NCBI RefSeq assembly: GCF_006345805.1
Contig: NC_043017.1
Coordinates: 21,080,001-21,144,000 of the forward strand
Length of the DNA stretch: 64,000 nucleotides
Direction of reading: 5' to 3'
DNA from: Octopus sinensis
Taxonomy: Eukaryota
Part shown: piece after piece, positions 49,421 through 61,851 of the stretch
Layout of the letters: the number at the start of each line of letters is the position of its first letter
Numbering within the stretch: position 1 is the stretch's first letter
Notes under the pieces: generated by a model
What the model was told of the DNA's origin: nothing
Database searches by the model: none
Seen by the model: the letters and a program-made list of their open reading frames with translations, nothing else
Translations under genes and position numbers: made by a program

Positions 49421-49774
49421 AATTCATATATACACACGCTGACATAGAACCAACGTTGAACCCTTCATTTGCAATATTACCAATCTGGAACTTAACTATG
49501 TTCTGTCTATAGCACTTATTCAGCATTATCTGTCACCTTTGGGTTTCAATGACACCATGATCTCTGATATATAAATATAAAGTTAATCCAAACATGAAAA
49601 CACAAAGAGAAAACACAACAACGCAAGGACGTGGAACAAATATAGTATTATTGGATGCTCAGGAAGGAAGGGAAGAAGGAAGGTTTAACGATATATACAC
49701 ACACACACACATGTACATATACATACATTTTGCTAGCTTTACATAGACACAAGTGTACACACATATATATATTC

Positions 49775-49990
49775 CTTTCTACTCTAGGCACAAGGGCCGA
49801 CATTTTGGGAGAGGGCACCAGTTAATTAGATTGACCCCAGTATGCAACTGGTACTTAATTTATCGACCCTGGAAGGATGAAAGGTAAAGTTGACCTCGGT
49901 GGAATTTGAACTCAGAACGTAAAGACAGATGAAATGCCACTAAGCATTTCACCCAGCATGCTAACATTCCTGCCAGCTCACTGCCTTATA
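49775..49990 (-). mobile_element. SINE family A
   Basis: Reverse complement of body and head. Confidence 0.8.
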
Positions 49991-50669
49991 TATAAATATA
50001 TATATATTTATACTGAAAGAGAGAGAGAGAGAGTTTGATACATATATGTATAAATAATTATATACATACATGCCCAAATACATATATTGACTGATTGATT
50101 GTGGGATTGATGTCAGTAAGTTTATAATTCATTTTCTTTCTCTTTTCCTTTTCCTGTATTTTTATTTTTTTTATTTATGCATATATTTTTTTACTTCTTT
50201 TCCAATTTTGATTAATGATATCTCCGTTGTGCAGAATGAAAGAAAGAAGGAAAGATCGAAACAATCATAAACCAAACAACCACAAAACAAAAATTTTGAG
50301 GATCTTCGTTTAATTCTTCAGGAGGAACGAATAGACAGTGATAGAATGTCGTGTGTACTCTTGGAATGGTTCACTGGTTTCTAGTTACCATCAATTGTGG
50401 CAGCTCATTATTTCGGCTTTGTTCTTTAAAAACCAGCATTGATTATGCAGTGCTTTGGTTGTATATTGAACCTCTGAAGCTTTGAACACCTCCATCCCAT
50501 CCCATCCCATTACACCCGTCCTAACCGACCCCGTCCCAATATCTCCAGTTCCCCCATTCCTCAGATTCCCTAACTTTGGAAATGAATAGTAATATTTATT
50601 TTGCCATTCATATATTCCTTTCTTACTCTCAGACTAGGAGAGAAAAAGACAAAAATCCTGGCGCTTCAT

Positions 50670-50767
50670 TGATTATGCTGATAAGGGTTCCAGTCGATCC
50701 AATCAATGGAACAGCCTGCTCGTTAAATTAAAGTGCAAGTAGCTGAGTATTCCACAGACGTGCATAC
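50670..50767 (-). mobile_element. SINE family D 3' part
   Basis: gggttccagtcgatccaatcaatggaacagcctgctcg...gctgagtattccacagac matches 34470-34550. Confidence 0.8.
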
Positions 50768-51140
50768 CTATTTCTTTACTACCCACAAGGGGCTAAACAC
50801 AGAGGGGACAAACAAGGACAGACGAACGGATTAAGTCAATTACATCGACCCTAGAGCGTAACTGGTGCTTAATTTATTGACCTCGGCGGAATTTGAACTC
50901 AGAACGCAGCGGTGGACGAAATACCTATTTCTTTATTACCCACAAGGGGCTAAACACAGAGGGGGCAAACAAGGACAGACGAATGGATTAAGTCAATTAC
51001 ATCGACCCCAGTGTGTAACTGGTGCTTAATTTATCGACCTCGAAAGGATGAAAGGCAGAGTCGACCTCGGCGGAATTTGAACTCAGAACACAGCGGTGGA
51101 TGAAATACCGCTAAGCATTTCGCCCAGCGTGCTAACGTTT
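50768..51140 (-). mobile_element. SINE family A multimer (two bodies, one partly deleted)
   Basis: tatttcttta.tacccacaaggggctaaacacaga occurs at ~50769 and ~50926; the head is truncated at ~51140. Confidence 0.9.
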
Positions 51141-51886
51141 CGTTCAATGGCTGTCCTTGATTTATCACTGGTGGTCAGTCTTTATATTGTAAACTTTGTC
51201 TTTTAAGTATCCCCATATAAGAAAAAAGAAGAAAACAAAAAACCTCAAGTGCTGTGAGGTCCAGTGAATGCAGAGGCCATTCAAGTGAATGTCTTTGTCC
51301 TGTCCACTTGTGTGGAAAAATCTTGGTTTACTAAGGTCGTTAATAAACCAAGCAAAAGACGACTACAAAAATCAATATACAGTCAAAGTATACAAAGACA
51401 TACATACGCATCATCAGTACACTCTGTAAAGTGGTTGGTGCTAGGAAGGGCAACCAGCTGGAGCAACCATGGCAAAACAAGCAAGTGGAACTTAGAACAG
51501 CTTCTGTTCCAGTCAAACCACACAACACATGCCAGCATGGAAAAATGAATGTTAAATGATGATTAAATATATAATACATACATACTAACATACATGCACA
51601 CACATATATGTGTGTGTGTCTATATATATATATAGGATTGTTTGTAGAGGTGCTGTACCAAAGGGCAACAATCGTTTACCTCAGTGGTGTTTTGGTGACC
51701 GCAAGGTGAAGGGCGATAATCACCTAGGATTTTATCCTTGAAAACAAGGCTTTTTCCCTTCAATATTTTAAAGAGGTCTCTGGCCAGCAGTGTTCGGAGT
51801 CTGATGATAAGCTGTAAGGCTAAACCCCTTATAAGCAAGAAACCCAGGGATAACCCTATAAAGCAGCCTACCACACTATAATAATA

Positions 51887-51976
<90 letters not shown>

Positions 51977-52117
51977 GAGAGAGTGAGGTAAGCAGATAGA
52001 TAAATAAGTATATGAATGAATATATATAAACAAATATGTATTCAAAGCTCACGCACACACAAACACACACATACACACACACAAATATATATATATATGT
52101 TGAGTACGTATGAGTGC

Positions 52118-52156
<39 letters not shown>

Positions 52157-52447
52157 AAGAGAGGGAGAGGTACATATATGTGGTATATATGTGTGTGTGT
52201 GTATGTGTTTATGAAATACAATGGTAAAAAAGAAAGAGAAAATGCCTGCTAGACATCTATACGTAGGACACAGCTGAATAAATGCAGTAACCGGTTCTAC
52301 AGAAGGCATCAACATTGCAGATTAAAGACATCAGCTTATATTCTTCGTTTGTTCCGATATGTCTGTTAGTTTTGGTTTTGGCAGCATCACTCTTTACGTA
52401 TGTCTTCATTAATCAGAGATTTTCTGGAGAAATCACTGGGCAGAAAT

Positions 52448-52480
<33 letters not shown>

Positions 52481-52938
52481 TGTGTGTGTGTGTGTGTGTG
52501 TGTAGGTAGATAAGTATGCATTTATGCATGTATGTATGCGAGTAGTTATGTGTGCATTTATACATCTATGTGTGAGTGTATGTGTCTATGTATATACATG
52601 TGTGTATTTATGCTTGAATGTTTGTGTGTCTGTATGTAGGTATATATATATATATATATATATATATGTTTATATGTATGTATATGTATTTTTGCATGCT
52701 CATGTCTCTATAATGATATAGATCTCTAGATCCACCGAAGCATTCATTTCTCTCTCTCATATATATATTTATACATGTATGTATGTATGTCAGTGTGTAT
52801 ATGTGCATAAGTGTATATTATATCATACATATTACATATGTATGTATATGTGTAATATATATATTATGTCATAGTTTGTTAAGTCATATTATGTCATATA
52901 TTATATTTATTACATACACATATATTTATGCATACATA

Positions 52939-52969
<31 letters not shown>

Positions 52970-53409
52970 GTGTAGAAATGTGCCCATGCATATATATATA
53001 TATACAACCTACTTGTACAATATATATATATATATATAATATATATAATATACACACTCTGATATATATACATATTGCTGTGTATATGTCTGTTAAACAA
53101 AGTTTTGGAACAGTTTTATTGATTTGCTTCCTATGAAGCATCGGAGCCTCTGGAAATCTCTGTCTTAAGAAATAATTCTTAAGAAGTAAGCCTATTGTAT
53201 TACTGGTACACTCCCCATCCCCACGCATATCTGACAAATAAGAGAAAGTTACACATGAAAGATTTGGTTGGCGTTACATGTATTCATGTAATGAAGGCAT
53301 GTGACTTTGTAGTCGCTTGATCACAGGTTCAATTCATGGACTGGTCAGTGCATTATGTCCTTCAGGAAAACGTTTCCTTTCTTGTGGCTCTGTGGGTGGG
53401 AGTGTGGCA

Positions 53410-53645
53410 GAATTGGGTGAGCCGGCGGAAACGTTAGCACACCGGCTAAAATGCTTAGTGGTATTTCGTCTGCCATTACGTTCTGAGTTCAAATTCTACC
53501 AAGGTCGACTTTGCCTTCCATCATTTCGGGGTCAATAAATTAAGTACCAGTTATACACTGGGGTCGATGTAATCGACTTAATCCCTTTGTCTGTCCTCGT
53601 TTGTCCCCTCTATGTTTAACCCGTTGTGGGTAATAAAGAAATAAG
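53410..53645 (+). mobile_element. SINE family A
   Basis: gtgagccggcggaaacgttagcacaccggctaaatgcttagtgg...gggtaataaagaaataag. Confidence 0.85.
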
Positions 53646-53664
53646 AATTGTTGGTGTATTGGCA

Positions 53665-53955
53665 GAAATGCTTTATGGGGTCCATATAACCGTTGGGGAT
53701 CCACACAAGTGAAACAGTAAACCAGGCCATGCAGTAGTATAATTAGGGGTCCACAAAAAAGATCTTTACCTTAGATGTAATTATTGTAAGAAACAGCTTC
53801 ATCTCTTATTCTAAAATTTTACATAATTCATCCAACACAAGATAATGTGAGAAGCAAAATAGTTTTGAAACACTGAATGGCTATGAGGGTTCAGGAGAGT
53901 AAAATAACAATGAAAGGGGTCCATAGAAAAAAAAAATGGTAAAACCTCCATTCTT
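53665..53955. mobile_element. Degenerate hAT-type MITE related to 5145-5523
   Basis: Shared blocks ggggtccata, aacagtaaa, ttaggggtcc, aagaaacagct. Confidence 0.45.
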
Positions 53956-53994
53956 TCTGAAATTCGCTAACCCAACACTATACCTGATATCCAC

Positions 53995-54142
53995 CCCCCG
54001 CTCCATACACATGCACACATGTATATCTTGACTCTTACACTGTTCACTTTCCTGACTTTAGTACATAATTCTATGTATTGTACATGCACCTTTGATGAGT
54101 TGCGGTGCACCTGAGCTCTATACCTGATAATTTCATTATAAT
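53995..54142 (+). mobile_element. CR1 3'UTR-only copy
   Basis: ctccatacac...tgttcactttcc.gac...gttgcggtgcacctgagc.ctatac...taatttcattat matches 30222-30340. Confidence 0.75.
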
Positions 54143-54507
54143 TTTATTTTATCTTCTGGTTATCGACATTCTGTATTCCAATCCCACCTGCCTGAAAGGA
54201 GCAACAGGAATCCCCCTCCAGTATTCATTGTAAATTTGGTCATGATACCTGAAGATCCAGTAATCTATTTGATGGCTGCAAGGGAAAGTAAGGGCCCTCC
54301 CAGGTCGTATAGGAAATGCTGGAGAAGGTTCACAAGGGCAGACCACCACTCGACATGTATTCAATAAACCCCTAGGCCATCTCTGACTGAACAGCTCTGT
54401 AGAATCATACGGGTGCCAGTTATGACCATCCTGGTTTATTCCCAGTTATATTTCAGACTACATTATCTTGTGTCCTCCCTTTTTAAACATAGGTGTGTGT
54501 GTGTGTG

Positions 54508-54812
54508 TGGTGAAGGCATATGGCCAAGCAGTTAGGGTATTCGGTTCAAAAGTGTTTAGTCACGAGTTCAATACCAAATGGAATGTTGTGTCCTTGAGGA
54601 AGGCACTTTATTTCACGTTGCCCCAGCCCATTCAGCTGGCAAAAATGAATTGTAATTCAAAGGGCCAACCTTGCTACATCCTGTGTCATGTTGAATCTCC
54701 CTGAGATCTATGTTAAGGGTACACATGTCTGTGGAGCGCTCAACCACATGCACACTAATTTCATGAGCAGGCTGTTCTGTTGATTGGATCAACTGGAACA
54801 CTCGTCATCATA
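54508..54812 (+). mobile_element. SINE family D, degenerate
   Basis: tRNA-like head followed by ...ttcaaagggcc...atgttaagggtacacatgtctgtggag...gagcaggctgttctgttgattggatcaactggaacactcgtc. Confidence 0.8.
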
Positions 54813-55215
54813 TTTCTAGCTCTTTGAATTGCCATGGAGTGCTCTCCCCACCACTCCCTATCACCTTAGTCATTCATTTTCATTTCAAAAGATGATGATA
54901 ATGTTGTTTTGTCTCAGATTAACTCTGACTGAACACACACACACACACACACAAACAAGATCAAAGGTATTCGAGCTACTTTCTCGTAAATCATTATCCA
55001 GGGATTTGAGTGAGATTTGGCTGCTATTTCTTGTATGCCACATGGCCACATGAAGCTTCAAATCTCCTTCATTTTGTGTTCTTATAATTTTATTCGAAGA
55101 TAATTAATCAAACCTAAGTTGACCCTGACTGAGGAAAATAGACCCATGTTGAAAGACACTACAACCATGACCTTCTCAACAATTTGTATATGCTAGTAGT
55201 GGTGGTGGTGGTGTG

Positions 55216-55432
55216 ATGATGATGGTGGTGTTGAAGGTTAATGGCGATGAGGAGGCTGATGATAATGAATTGCAAAGTGATGATGATGATGGTGAGGCTG
55301 AAGGTGATGTTGACAATGATGAAGATGCTGATGATGATGAGGATGATGATGATGATGCTGATGATAATGAGAAGGCTGATGATAATGAGGGGGAAAGTAA
55401 TGATGAAGATGATGATGGTGATGATGATGATG
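55216..55432. repeat. Cryptic (GAT)n tract
   Basis: Seen directly; contains gctgaaggtgat like the 20186 tract. Confidence 0.85.
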
Positions 55433-55669
55433 TTTGTCGTCATTTATGTGAGACAATAGGGTGTGATTTGATGGAGATTTTTGGCTGCCGTTTCTAGCAT
55501 GTAGCAACGACTATGTAGAGCCCTAACTAACCCCATCATTGCCTCATGCAATTTCACACTGAATAAACACATGATGTGTGGTGAATAAGGGTTAAGGAAG
55601 GACAGGGGATTTTTAGGGTCCTTATGACTTGTTGCCACTCCACAGGAATTGGCAGATCGGGTGAGGGGT

Positions 55670-55769
55670 ATGAAGGTGTGTGTGTGGAGGCACAGCAAAT
55701 ATGTGTGTGGTTGCTGGGTAGGTGTGTGTGTGTATGTGTGCATGTAACTGCAAATGTCTATCTGTGAGG

Positions 55770-55807
<38 letters not shown>

Positions 55808-56264
55808 ATGTGGCTACAAACTTGTATCTGCCTATGTTTCCCACCACATGTGATTGTGTGCATGTGTGTGTGTGTGTGTATGCTACAGTGTATGTGTGTA
55901 TTCCATCGAGTGTGTTTGTCTGTTCCTGTGTGCATGTATCTATTTGCTACTGAGCATGTGTGTGTGTGTGCATTTCATTACATCTGTGTTTGTGTGTGTG
56001 TGTGTGTTTGTGCATTTGTGCATGTGTATGTGTAGGTAGATAAGTATGCATTTATACATGTGTGCATGTGAGTAGTTATATGTGCATTTATACATCTATG
56101 TGTGAGTGTATGTGTCTATGTATATGCGTGTGTACATATACATGTGTGTATTTATGCTTGAATGTATGTGTAGTTACAAGTATGTCTCTGAATACGTGTA
56201 TTTCTGTGAGTGCATCTGTTTATGTATATATGAGTTTGTATGTATGCACAAATACATCCATATG

Positions 56265-56331
<67 letters not shown>

Positions 56332-56648
56332 TATATATGTGTGTGTTGGTGTGGGTGAGCATGCGTGTGTGTATGCACATAAATACATATACATATAACA
56401 ACACATGCACTTGTGTTTCTGCAGATGCAAATGCATGCGTTTGTCTATACGTATATACATACGTGTATGTATGCTTGTTTTCCAGCCTCTCTGCATGCAT
56501 ATGTATGTGTGCCCATGCGTTCATAACAGGATAGTAATCACTTGTGAATGTTTTCTATGCAGGTGTGTGTGTATGTGTGTGTGTGTGTGCATACACCTAT
56601 ACATGCATGACTGCAAGTGTACATATCTTTATATTTCAGTAATTATAC

Positions 56649-56685
<37 letters not shown>

Positions 56686-57185
56686 ATATATATGTTTATA
56701 TATGTGTGTGTGTGCACATGTGTGTGCGTGTGCACATGTGTGTGTGTCTATATATAGATATATGTATGTTTATGTGATATGCACAAATATATTTGTGTAT
56801 GTATATGTGAAGTATATATGTGTTTATATGTGTGTATATCTATGTGGTATATATATGTATATATGTGTGTGCGTTTATATGTGTGTATATCTATGTGGTG
56901 TGTATTTGTGTATACGTATATATATATGGTATATATATATGTGCTTATATATGTGTGTATGTCTATGTGGTGTGTATATGTGTATATATATGTGGTATAT
57001 ATATATATATATGTTTATATATATGCATGTATATATATATATATACATATTTGTATATATGTTTATGTATAGTTCGGTGTACATGTATGTATATATATTT
57101 ATATGTATGTTATCTGGTATATGTTTATATATGTGTGTCTGTTATGTGGCATGTGTGTGAATGTGTAAGTGGATGTGTGTGTGAA
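55670..57185. repeat. Long degenerate (TG)/(TA)/(TATG) field
   Basis: Seen directly; it is the source of the C/V/Y/M/I ORFs. Confidence 0.9.
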
Positions 57186-57479
57186 GTAATTAGGTCCTGG
57201 GCCTCTCTCTCCCTTTCTTGTCAAATGGGAACAGTTATTAAGTCAACCCCTATTTGTTCTAAGCTGCTGAACTGGGTTTAAGACAGTAAGACAGGAGTGA
57301 GAATGAGTCACTGATATTATTAGGTGGGGTTAGGGGATAAAGGTAGGGGAGGTGTGTGTGTGTGTGGACGGGTGGGGAGTTAGGGTTAAGGACTTGTTAA
57401 TGACAGTGGTGTTGGTGGTGTTTGTGAGGGTGGGGGTCTTTGGTGAGCAGGGTGGGGGAAGCCGGCTCTTGTAGCCATG

Positions 57480-57866
57480 GTGATTAGGATGATGATGATG
57501 ATGTGGTGGTGGTGGTGGATGTGATGGTGATAATGCTGCTAGTGATAATGAAGGTAATGACTTGGTGGTGGTGGTGGTGGTGGTGGTGATGATGATGATA
57601 ATGAGGCTGCTGATGATGTAGCTGCTGATGATGATGCTGGTGATGATTATAATGAAGGTGATGAAGATGATGATGCTGAAGGTGATGATGATGATGATGA
57701 TGACAACGCCAGCAAGGTGTATTTATGTGGTGGGGCTGATGGTGATGAGGATAAATTGATGAAAGTGATGATGACGACGATGATGACAATGCTATGATGA
57801 TGATGGTAAGGACAATTTTAGTCATGAAGATGGTGAGGATGATGATAAAGACTGTTTAAGCAGTAG

Positions 57867-57904
<38 letters not shown>

Positions 57905-57915
57905 GTTGTAATGAT
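57480..57915. repeat. Cryptic (GAT)/(GGT) tract
   Basis: Seen directly. Confidence 0.85.
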
Positions 57916-58149
57916 TCTGCTAATGAAATTGATGAGTATAAAAAGAAACAAGAATGGGCTAATGGTTAAGAATTTGTTTTGCCATCATAAGGTTGCAGTT
58001 TCAATTCCATAGTGTGGCACCACGAACAGAAGTTTTGTACCCAGTGTGACTTTGTGGTGAGTAGCTTGCTTCCCAACGACATATTTCTGGGTTCAATCCC
58101 ACAATGAGTTTACATGATGGCTTAACCTGCAAGAAATAACAGCAAGATA

Positions 58150-58560
58150 CGACCATGACACCCACCACCAACAACAACAAGTAAACCACCTGCAATGAAA
58201 CCACCAACAACAATGCCAACAATAACAACACAACCAACATCAACAATGATACCACCATCAATGAAGCCACCAGTAACAACAACAACAACAATAACTGCCA
58301 CAAAAACAACACCATCACCACTAAGGCCACAACCACTGACGCCACCACCACCACCACCACCACCACCACCACTCCTACCCCATCACCCTTACCATTACTA
58401 AGACCAGCAACGACTTTTACCAACAGGGCCAATGAGTCTCCACGTGGTAGCTTGACCTCCAAGAAATAGCAGCAACACGTCACTACAGCCCCCACCACCA
58501 CCACCACCACCACCATGAACATCATCACCCATGACAACCTCCCAGTCACTCCCACTACTC
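58150..58560. repeat. Cryptic (CCA/CAA)n tract
   Basis: Seen directly. Confidence 0.85.
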
Positions 58561-59055
58561 CCATCCCTATGCAGTTCCTTACCAAAGAACTAAAAATATC
58601 CGAAGAAGGATGTTAAATGGTTGCTATGAAGAAGCAACACCATATTTGTTTGTTTTTAGCTTTGTTATATATCTTGTTTTTTTTTCCTTTGTTTTCTTGT
58701 TTAGTTAACGAGAGGGACAGTTGGGTGGGTGGGTGTATGTTAGAGAACGGTGTCGATGGCGGCGGGAGTGGAGGGGGGGCGTGTGGTGGGGACAGAGGGA
58801 ATCAGAGACCCACGTTCCGTTCCGTTCGCTTGTATCAATGGAGCCGGATGCGGAAATTGTTAAATTATTCTGAAATGGCTAGAACTGTCATTTTTGAGGA
58901 AGGCCAGTTGTTATGGCAGGATAATTTTACTGGCAATAATACCACTACTACCACCCCCGCCAGCACCACGCCCATCACCACCATCACCACCCCCACAACC
59001 ACTACAACCAGTGCAAACTGATTCACACACTTTTACAGAAAAATATGCCAGTGAT

Positions 59056-59091
<36 letters not shown>

Positions 59092-59096
<5 letters not shown>

Positions 59097-59403
59097 GAAA
59101 AAAAACATCTTTCATCAATTCAAAATGAACAATTAAATTACACCATCTAGAAAATTACATATAAGAGAAAAATTAAAATTAAAATAACAATAAAATATCA
59201 AAGATTAAGTAAATTGCAAAAAATGATAATAAAAACGTATATAATAGGTATTATTATAATACCTATTATAATTTTTTGCAATTTACTTAATCTTTGACAT
59301 TTTATTGTTATTTTAATTTTAATTTTTCTATTATATGTAATTTTCTAGATGGTGTAATTTAATTGTTCATTTTGAATTGATAAAAGGTGGGTTTTTTCTA
59401 ATT
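59092..59403. repeat. ~310-bp AT-rich palindrome with a 3-nt loop
   Basis: Arms are reverse complements from aattagaaaaa to ttttctaatt. The centre is tataataggtatta-tta-taatacctattata, with a ~16-bp insertion in the left arm. Confidence 0.9.
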
Positions 59404-59719
59404 TGTTATATATATATTATATTGTGTGAAATTTGATTTAGTATTTCTAAATGGAATTTTTTTCCTTGTAAGTTTGGATTTTATTCCCTCAAATAATAAT
59501 TATATATATATATGAAGGTCTAGATAACGGTTATTGCATATTTTTTCCTTTATTAGAGTAAATTTGGCTTACAGCTGTTTCCAGTATCATTATAGGTACA
59601 TTATTGATAGGTTTACACAAGCGGTCTGTTGATTAGTTGAGAAAAATTTAAAGACGTAAAATAATTAATGCTACTTTTGTCAGAGCCATTTCTGGTTATA
59701 TATACATACATACACACAC

Positions 59720-59915
59720 ACACAAACAGATATATGTATATATAGTTGAGGTTTACAGAACAACAAATGATGAAGACAGGTGTATAAACAACAAGCAGGT
59801 GTATTAGTTTGGTGCTCGGGAAGGTGAGAAAATCTTTTATGTTTCGAGCCTATGCTCTTCAACAGAAAGCAACATGAGGAAATAAACAGAGAAAAAAAAC
59901 CAAAAAACTTGTGGA
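59720..59915 (-). mobile_element. Penelope-style pseudo-LTR remnant
   Basis: Contains the hammerhead-like motif below; a second copy lies at 30371-30480. Confidence 0.6.
59834..59869 (-). ncRNA. Minimal type-I hammerhead ribozyme-like motif (mutated core)
   Basis: Minus strand: cttt-CTGTTGA-a-gagc(atag)gctc-GAAA-ca-TA-aaag. Stem I is cttt/aaag and stem II is 4 bp. CUGUUGA and GAAACA differ from consensus CUGAUGA and GAAACG. Confidence 0.6.
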
Positions 59916-59934
59916 TTTAGCAGTCAATATATAC

Positions 59935-60108
59935 TCTTTTACTCTTTTATTTGTTTCAGTCATTTGACTGTGGACATGCTGGAGCACAGCTTTTAGTCGA
60001 GCAAATCAACCCCAGGACTTATTCTTTGTAAGCCTAGTACTTATTCTATCAGTCTTTTGCCAAACTGCTAAGTTACGGGGACGTAAACACACCAGCATCT
60101 CGGTTGTC
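59935..60108 (-). mobile_element. SINE family B 3' half
   Basis: tactcttttactc...ttgtttcagtcatttgactgtgg...gtaaacacaccagcatc; abuts the fold-back at 60109. Confidence 0.85.
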
Positions 60109-60306
60109 AAGAAGGTTTGAAAATGCAATTTTAAAGATGTTTATTCACTTGACCGGTTTCACTTTTTTTAGAAAAAGATTGTCACCTGTTCTTAACACAA
60201 CAAAGCTTATACAAAGCTTTACATTTTACTTTTGACAATCTTTTTCTAAAAAGTGAAACCGGTCAAGTGAATAAAGATCTTTAAAATTGCGTTTTCAAAC
60301 CTTCTT
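60109..60306. repeat. Fold-back element, ~75-bp inverted arms
   Basis: 60109-60184 versus the reverse complement of 60233-60306, with a few mismatches; spacer is 48 bp. Confidence 0.9.
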
Positions 60307-60350
60307 TCATATATATTTCGACTTGTGCAGTATCTTATAACTTTACTTTG

Positions 60351-60437
<87 letters not shown>

Positions 60438-60444
60438 TTATATA

Positions 60445-60479
<35 letters not shown>

Positions 60480-61704
60480 GAGTGTGTATATATGTATATA
60501 TATGTATGTATGTACGCATGTATTCAAGAATGCTTACAATTATCAGTTCAGATGTGTGTGTATGCATGTGTACATTATTATATTCTGTATATATATGTAG
60601 GTGTTTGTCCATATGTATGTCTGTGTCTGTTCTTACATATATATGTCAGTGTGTGTTTGCACGTGCAATGCATACATATTTGTATGTGTGTATATATATT
60701 CATGTGAGCATTTAACTATATAAACATATATTTATACACACACCCACATACAGACACATACATGCACACACACACACACACATACATACACACACACATA
60801 TATATATATATATGCCTATAACCTATAAATTTCTGCAAATGTGCATTAGCTATGCATGTGTATGTATGTTCATGCATGTGTTCAAAGGCATATGTGTATA
60901 TCTGTGCATGTGTGAGCCCATGGGTGCAACTCATGTATATATACATTTCTGCACGCGTGTATGTGTCCACAGGTGCAATTTGATAATGCATATATGCATA
61001 TATTAGCACATTACTGCATGTGCATATTATCTATGTGTGCCTACAAGTATATGCATATAAACAGATGTATAAAGTTGTGCATTACTGCACATCTGTTAAC
61101 TGCATGTGTGTGTGTGTGTGTAATAGGAGTAGCAGAGGGAGTAGTAATTAAAGAAGGAGGATCCGATATTCTGTGACTAAAATCACAACTTCCAGATACC
61201 AACTATCTGTTTATTCCATTAATAACCGATTCTTTGAATAGAAATAACTCCATCATCTCTCTCTACTTTCACTTTCATTCCCTTTCCACCAAAGTCTCCC
61301 TTCTCCCCACCTCATTTTTTGGCCATCCCTATTTTTTAATATTTTTGGGGGTATAAGGTGGGTTCTTTCTTTCTTTCTGTATTTCTGTTTCGATTTCCCC
61401 CCACCCACACACCATTCCTGCCAATTTCAGGAAGTTACAGGAATTATCCTTGATGTTGTTAATCTTCAAACGGACAATGGATCGTCATTATCATTTGTAA
61501 TTATGTGCCGTATGCCCGTTAAAATATTGACCGTTAAGTAACGAGCTGAAAAAAAGGCAGCTGTAGTTTGTCTTCTTGTTTTTTTGGGTTTTTTTCCCGT
61601 TTTAATGAACGGGTGGCGTGAAATATTTCTGCTAAAGATAATCTTTATTTTACGAGTATGACTTGTTTCTTGGATTATCGACATTAATTAGAGTTCAGTT
61701 TCTT

Positions 61705-61819
61705 TGTCATCATCATAGCCGCCGTTGCCATTGTCATCATTGCTGTCTCTGTCGTCATCGTTTACATCATGATCACCATCATAGTCCTCATTTATGACAT
61801 TATCATCATCATCGTCAAA

Positions 61820-61851
<32 letters not shown>

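Noticed and set aside
49590-49690. Possible third pseudo-LTR fragment ending in ggtttaacg
   Set aside because: It is cut off before any ribozyme core and has no second copy in the window to support it.
51800-51845. Exact CTGATGA followed at a distance by GAAA
   Set aside because: No convincing stem II closes between them, and there is no stem I or III. The other CTGATGA hits are in microsatellites, SINEs or the transposase.
54149-54420. Minus-strand ORF and possible LINE-derived peptide
   Set aside because: No motif could be matched with confidence in any frame.
55213-55497. Second Asp-rich ORF as an exon
   Set aside because: It has no clear acceptor, begins in a (GGT)n run, and is explained by (GAT)n decay.
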